Source: Zygophlyctis sp. KS116
Lineage: Eukaryota; Fungi; Chytridiomycota
Direction: 5' to 3'
Assembly (NCBI GenBank): GCA_054661495.1
Contig: BAAFSQ010000297.1
Span: 1-12,075, forward strand
DNA: 12,075 nt
Below are positions 9,001-12,075 of the stretch, piece by piece. Position numbers and translations under genes: made by a program. The notes beneath the pieces are model-generated. The model did no database searches, was not told the origin of the DNA, and saw only the letters and a program-made list of their open reading frames with translations. How positions within the stretch are numbered: the stretch's first letter is position 1; each line of letters starts with the position of its first letter.

Positions 9001-10134
9001 TTTTTTTCAAGCCTTCTGGTTAGGCCTTGCTCTACCATTGATTTGGAAAAATGCATTTCAACATCTCTATCAACCATAAAAGACCAAATACATAATGCCA
9101 AAGAGAGTAATGGCATAGCAAATGCTTCAGATACAGGATTTGGTCTTGGGCCACTGACATTTGCACAAACACGTATTAATTCCCCCAGTAAATCGTTTGT
9201 AATTACATATCTTGAATTAAATATTTCTACATTACCTTTCACACAAAATCCCACCAATCAATGCTAAAGCAGCATCTTTAGGCGATGATGTTGAGGCGTT
9301 CCCTTCAATATCTGCTGTTATCTTTGGTTTAATCTGATTTTCTTTTTCAAATCCTGGAGTGTCCATATTTGCTGGACAATATAAATGTACTTTTACGCCT
9401 AGAAACTTTAATTCTGACCTTAATGCATCAGAAAGTCCTTTTAAAGCATATTTAGAACCAGAATATGCAGAATAACCAATAAATGAAGTTAATGAGAGAA
9501 CAGATCCTACAAAAACTAACCTTTTTGGAAGTACTGACATTAAATCTTTCTTACTGACCGATCCCATGATTGCGGTATCCTTTGACTCCTTTCTATTTGA
9601 CTTTACTTTTGCCAACTTCATTAAAGCCGCAATAATGGCAGTACAAGTAAAATAATTTGCTGAAATCTGTTTTCTATAATCATCAAATGAATCTGCAGCC
9701 AATCCAGGCCTTGAACTTCCAGCGTTCGCAATAATCCAATCCGGCATAAATCCCAAATCATATAATTTAGAAAACGTTTCAAACATCCAATCTTCATTTG
9801 CAGAATCTCCTGCATAACTAACAACTTTTTGATCTGATTTAGCGCATGATTTTAATTCATCAACTGCAGAATCTAGAGCATCCTGTCCTCTTCCAATTAA
9901 AATAATATTAGCTCCTCTTTCCAATAACTCATGAGCTAGAGCCAAACCAAGTCCTTTTGATCCACCAACTATAAGTGCCACCTTTGGATACTTTTCTGAT
10001 TTTGAAATCCAAGATACAGAGATCAACCAGGAAATAACAACCTTTAAGATGGAAAATAAGAATATCAATAATAAACTCAATAGTACAATAATAATAACTT
10101 CTCCAGTGTAATCACGCAAGGCTGTAAAATTCAT
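8997..10134 (-). CDS. TSC10: 3-ketodihydrosphingosine (3-dehydrosphinganine) reductase, SDR family, ~370 aa, 2 exons
   Basis: Predicted exons: 10134-9236 and 9210-8997, separated by a 25-nt intron (GTAATG...TTTAATTCAAG). It has an N-terminal hydrophobic segment, GGSKGLG, ANAG, GYSAYSGSKYALKGLSDALRSE (YxxxK intact), the KDSR-typical PANMDTPGFEKENQIKP, and a C-terminal hydrophobic segment. The extreme 3' end could be spliced differently (see findings). Confidence 0.85.
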
Positions 10135-10152
10135 TTTAGAAAAACTAAAAGA

Positions 10153-10620
10153 TTAAATTGCATCAATATCAAATTCAACATCGGCACCTTCCTCTTCTTC
10201 TCCCATATTATCTGTTTCATTAATTTTGAGATTTTCTGGCAATTCGCCGTATGATTTTAATAGTCTAGCCTCATCGGGAGTATATTTTAAAATAATATCT
10301 GCCTTTTCATCTTGATATTCCCTCAAGGATAATAGTATAACATCACCGACGCCCATCCTATCAAATTAAATAAAACAATCTTACCAAACTTTTTTCCTGA
10401 ATGCACCTCTAATGTGTCCCAACCTTTTAGTTCCATCACAGCATATAGTTTCCAACCAACCATTTCCCAACATCTTGGTAACTGATGCATATTCCTGACC
10501 ATCTTCCTTGAAGATCAATTCTCTCTTTAAAGACTCATTTTCATTCTTTCCCCTTTTTAATTTAGTTTGTCAAAGTTACCTTTTTCTATTCTTTCCTCCC
10601 TTTCCTTTGTTTTTGGGCAT
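10153..10620 (-). CDS. eIF1A: Eukaryotic translation initiation factor 1A, 137 aa, 3 exons
   Basis: Predicted exons: 10620-10580, 10552-10385, 10357-10153, totalling 414 nt with two 27-nt introns. Protein: [45 protein letters not shown]...HIRG...[36 protein letters not shown]...GELPE...DIDAI. Confidence 0.97.
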
Positions 10621-10687
10621 TTCAAGGTCACTGGACCCTACGAGTCTTAAATTCTCACAATAACTGTTGGCTTAAATTGAAATTTGT

Positions 10688-11753
10688 CTAAAACTGTTTT
10701 TTAAAGTTGAGTTGAGTTTTAGAGCCTAGATTGAACATATTCTCACTATTAATCTCTTCAAAATCATTCTTGATAGTCTCGAAATGCGCGATTGAACTTG
10801 TAAACATGGCATCTAAAATACGATCAGGTAAAAGTGATCTTAATAACCATGTTGCTCTTGCGTCCCAACCAACAAAATATCTAGTTTTAGGAGATGATGA
10901 GAATAAAGCATGATTTATAGCCCTCGTAGAATATCCAAGTGATAATGGTCTGGTATTTTCTAAAATTAGGGAAATACTAGAAATTAGAGATCCATAATTC
11001 ATTATAGAATTTTTAGACAGAGAATTGTAAAGATTAAAAGTTTGAAGTTTAATCTTTTCAGTATGTACTGTATCCATTGATCCTAATTATAAATTATAAT
11101 AGAATACCTAATTCAATCAATGATACTGAAATATTCCATTTACTTAATTCTATTCTTAAAGAATCAGCAATTGATTCTAAAGCAATTTTTGAAGCTCCAA
11201 ATGATGAATTAAGAGGTGAACCAACCCATCCAGATACAGAACTCATAAATACAATTCTTCCTTGAGATTCACGAAGTAAATCTAATAGTGAGGATGTCAC
11301 CAAACAAGGTCCAACAGTATTGACAGAATACATTTCCAACATGTCTTCTTTTGATAAAAATTCCAAAGGACCAACAATAGATGTTCCCGCACAATGTACT
11401 ATCCCAACCAATGGAAGATTACCAAGTTTACATCGAATCATTTGTGCCGCACGATTAATAATTCCTTCATTTGTCACATCCAAATGTATAGGAATCCAAG
11501 ATGATTGTGACCGATCAATAGAAACATGATCCGCTTGACTCATATCTTTAAATCCAGCAAATACTATATATCCCTTGTCCAACAAATGTTTTGCCAATGC
11601 GATCCCAATCTTTGATGGACATCCGGTGATCAAAATAGCACCCTTTAAATGGATCTTTAAATCCAGTCTCTTTAACAATATTAAAGAGACTAGCCAATTG
11701 TAAAAGCTAGAAATTAGATCTAGAATGAATAATAGACTTCCGTTCACCGTCAT
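10688..11753 (-). CDS. Short-chain dehydrogenase/reductase, retinol/hydroxysteroid dehydrogenase-like, degenerate active site, ~346 aa, 2 exons
   Basis: Predicted exons: 11753-11108 and 11082-10688, separated by a 25-nt intron (GTATTC...ATAATTAG) that restores IELGSMDT. Motifs: ILITGCPSKIG, LDVT, VHCAG, VNTVG, GRIVFMSSVSG, ASKIALESIADSLRIEL..WNISVSLIE, HALFSSSPKTRYFVGWDA. Confidence 0.88.
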
Positions 11754-12075
11754 ATAACAACCGTTTGATTAGGGCCTTTCAATTCAAAATCTAAATATTT
11801 ATTCTTAACAGTTGATCAATCAAACTACTTTTGATTAGATCTATTCGTGCTCTTGTGCTTTATTGGTATTTTTACACCTTGCTCTGCAAAATGCTTTGAT
11901 ATTTCTGAAGATTCTAATAATTAAAATTAAAATTGTATTAAATACCTTTTCTATCCAATATTGTCCCTAAAGGAAAACATTTAAAAGGATTAGTCATTAC
12001 ACTACAAATAAACGTTGAACCTTTGTTGACTTGAGCTCTAAATGTTAAAAATTAATCAAAAAATACTGTGATAAA

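Noticed and set aside
9013-9035. 20- or 23-nt intron at the TSC10 3' end (GTAGAG...CTAACCAG/AAG) giving an earlier TGA
   Set aside because: It has a CTAAC, but the GTAG donor, higher GC content and length fall outside the pattern of the other introns, and it is not needed to complete the gene. It is not excluded without RNA data.
275-10620. Functional clustering of eIF4G with eIF1A, or of the two SDR genes
   Set aside because: The initiation factors are on opposite strands and separated by unrelated genes, and the SDRs belong to different subfamilies. Chance proximity in a dense genome is sufficient.
10624-10639. Small hairpin AGGGTC-CAGT-GACCTT just before the eIF1A ATG
   Set aside because: Only 6 bp including a G-U pair, which is expected by chance.
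1730-11529. Short alternative-frame and antisense ORFs in the track (1730-1951, 2301-2483, 3751-3948, 4332-4550, 5117-5386, 7070-7336, 8497-8682, 8926-9267, 9621-9824, 10731-10913, 11077-11265, 11320-11529)
   Set aside because: They are shadows of the genes annotated above, mostly with non-ATG starts and no recognisable motifs.
275-11753. Fragmented ORFs read as pseudogenes, or as a sign of an alternative genetic code
   Set aside because: Every break within a recognisable gene is repaired by a 24-34 nt GT-AG segment that restores conserved motifs under the standard code.
11754-12075. Possible gene, RNA gene or mobile element in the terminal AT-rich segment
   Set aside because: I found no ORF, tRNA-like fold or terminal repeat. 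It is treated as intergenic or promoter DNA.

Overview
An AT-rich, very compact eukaryotic locus. It is most likely an early-diverging fungus, inferred from the fungal-type TrpG-TrpC-TrpF trifunctional gene and fungal-type TRP2; the species cannot be named from sequence. The fragmented ORF track is explained by 18 tiny GT-AG spliceosomal introns of 24-34 nt, which I reconstructed by hand. The + strand carries one 8-exon eIF4G gene (275-4365). The - strand carries six co-oriented, almost gapless coding units from 11753 to 4388: an SDR lacking the catalytic Tyr, eIF1A, 3-ketodihydrosphingosine reductase (TSC10), an orphan basic ORF with no ATG at its 5' end, anthranilate synthase component I (TRP2), and TrpG-C-F. 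The most striking signal is that the TRP2 stop and the start of its partner-subunit gene overlap as ATGA (6787-6784). This is the stop/start geometry of bacterial trpE-trpG coupling and of viral termination-reinitiation, here in an intron-containing nuclear genome. Neighbouring junctions are also extreme (67 nt, 18 nt, an ATAA overlap and a coding overlap), which suggests operon-like or overlapping transcription. All splicing and expression claims are predictions from sequence only.
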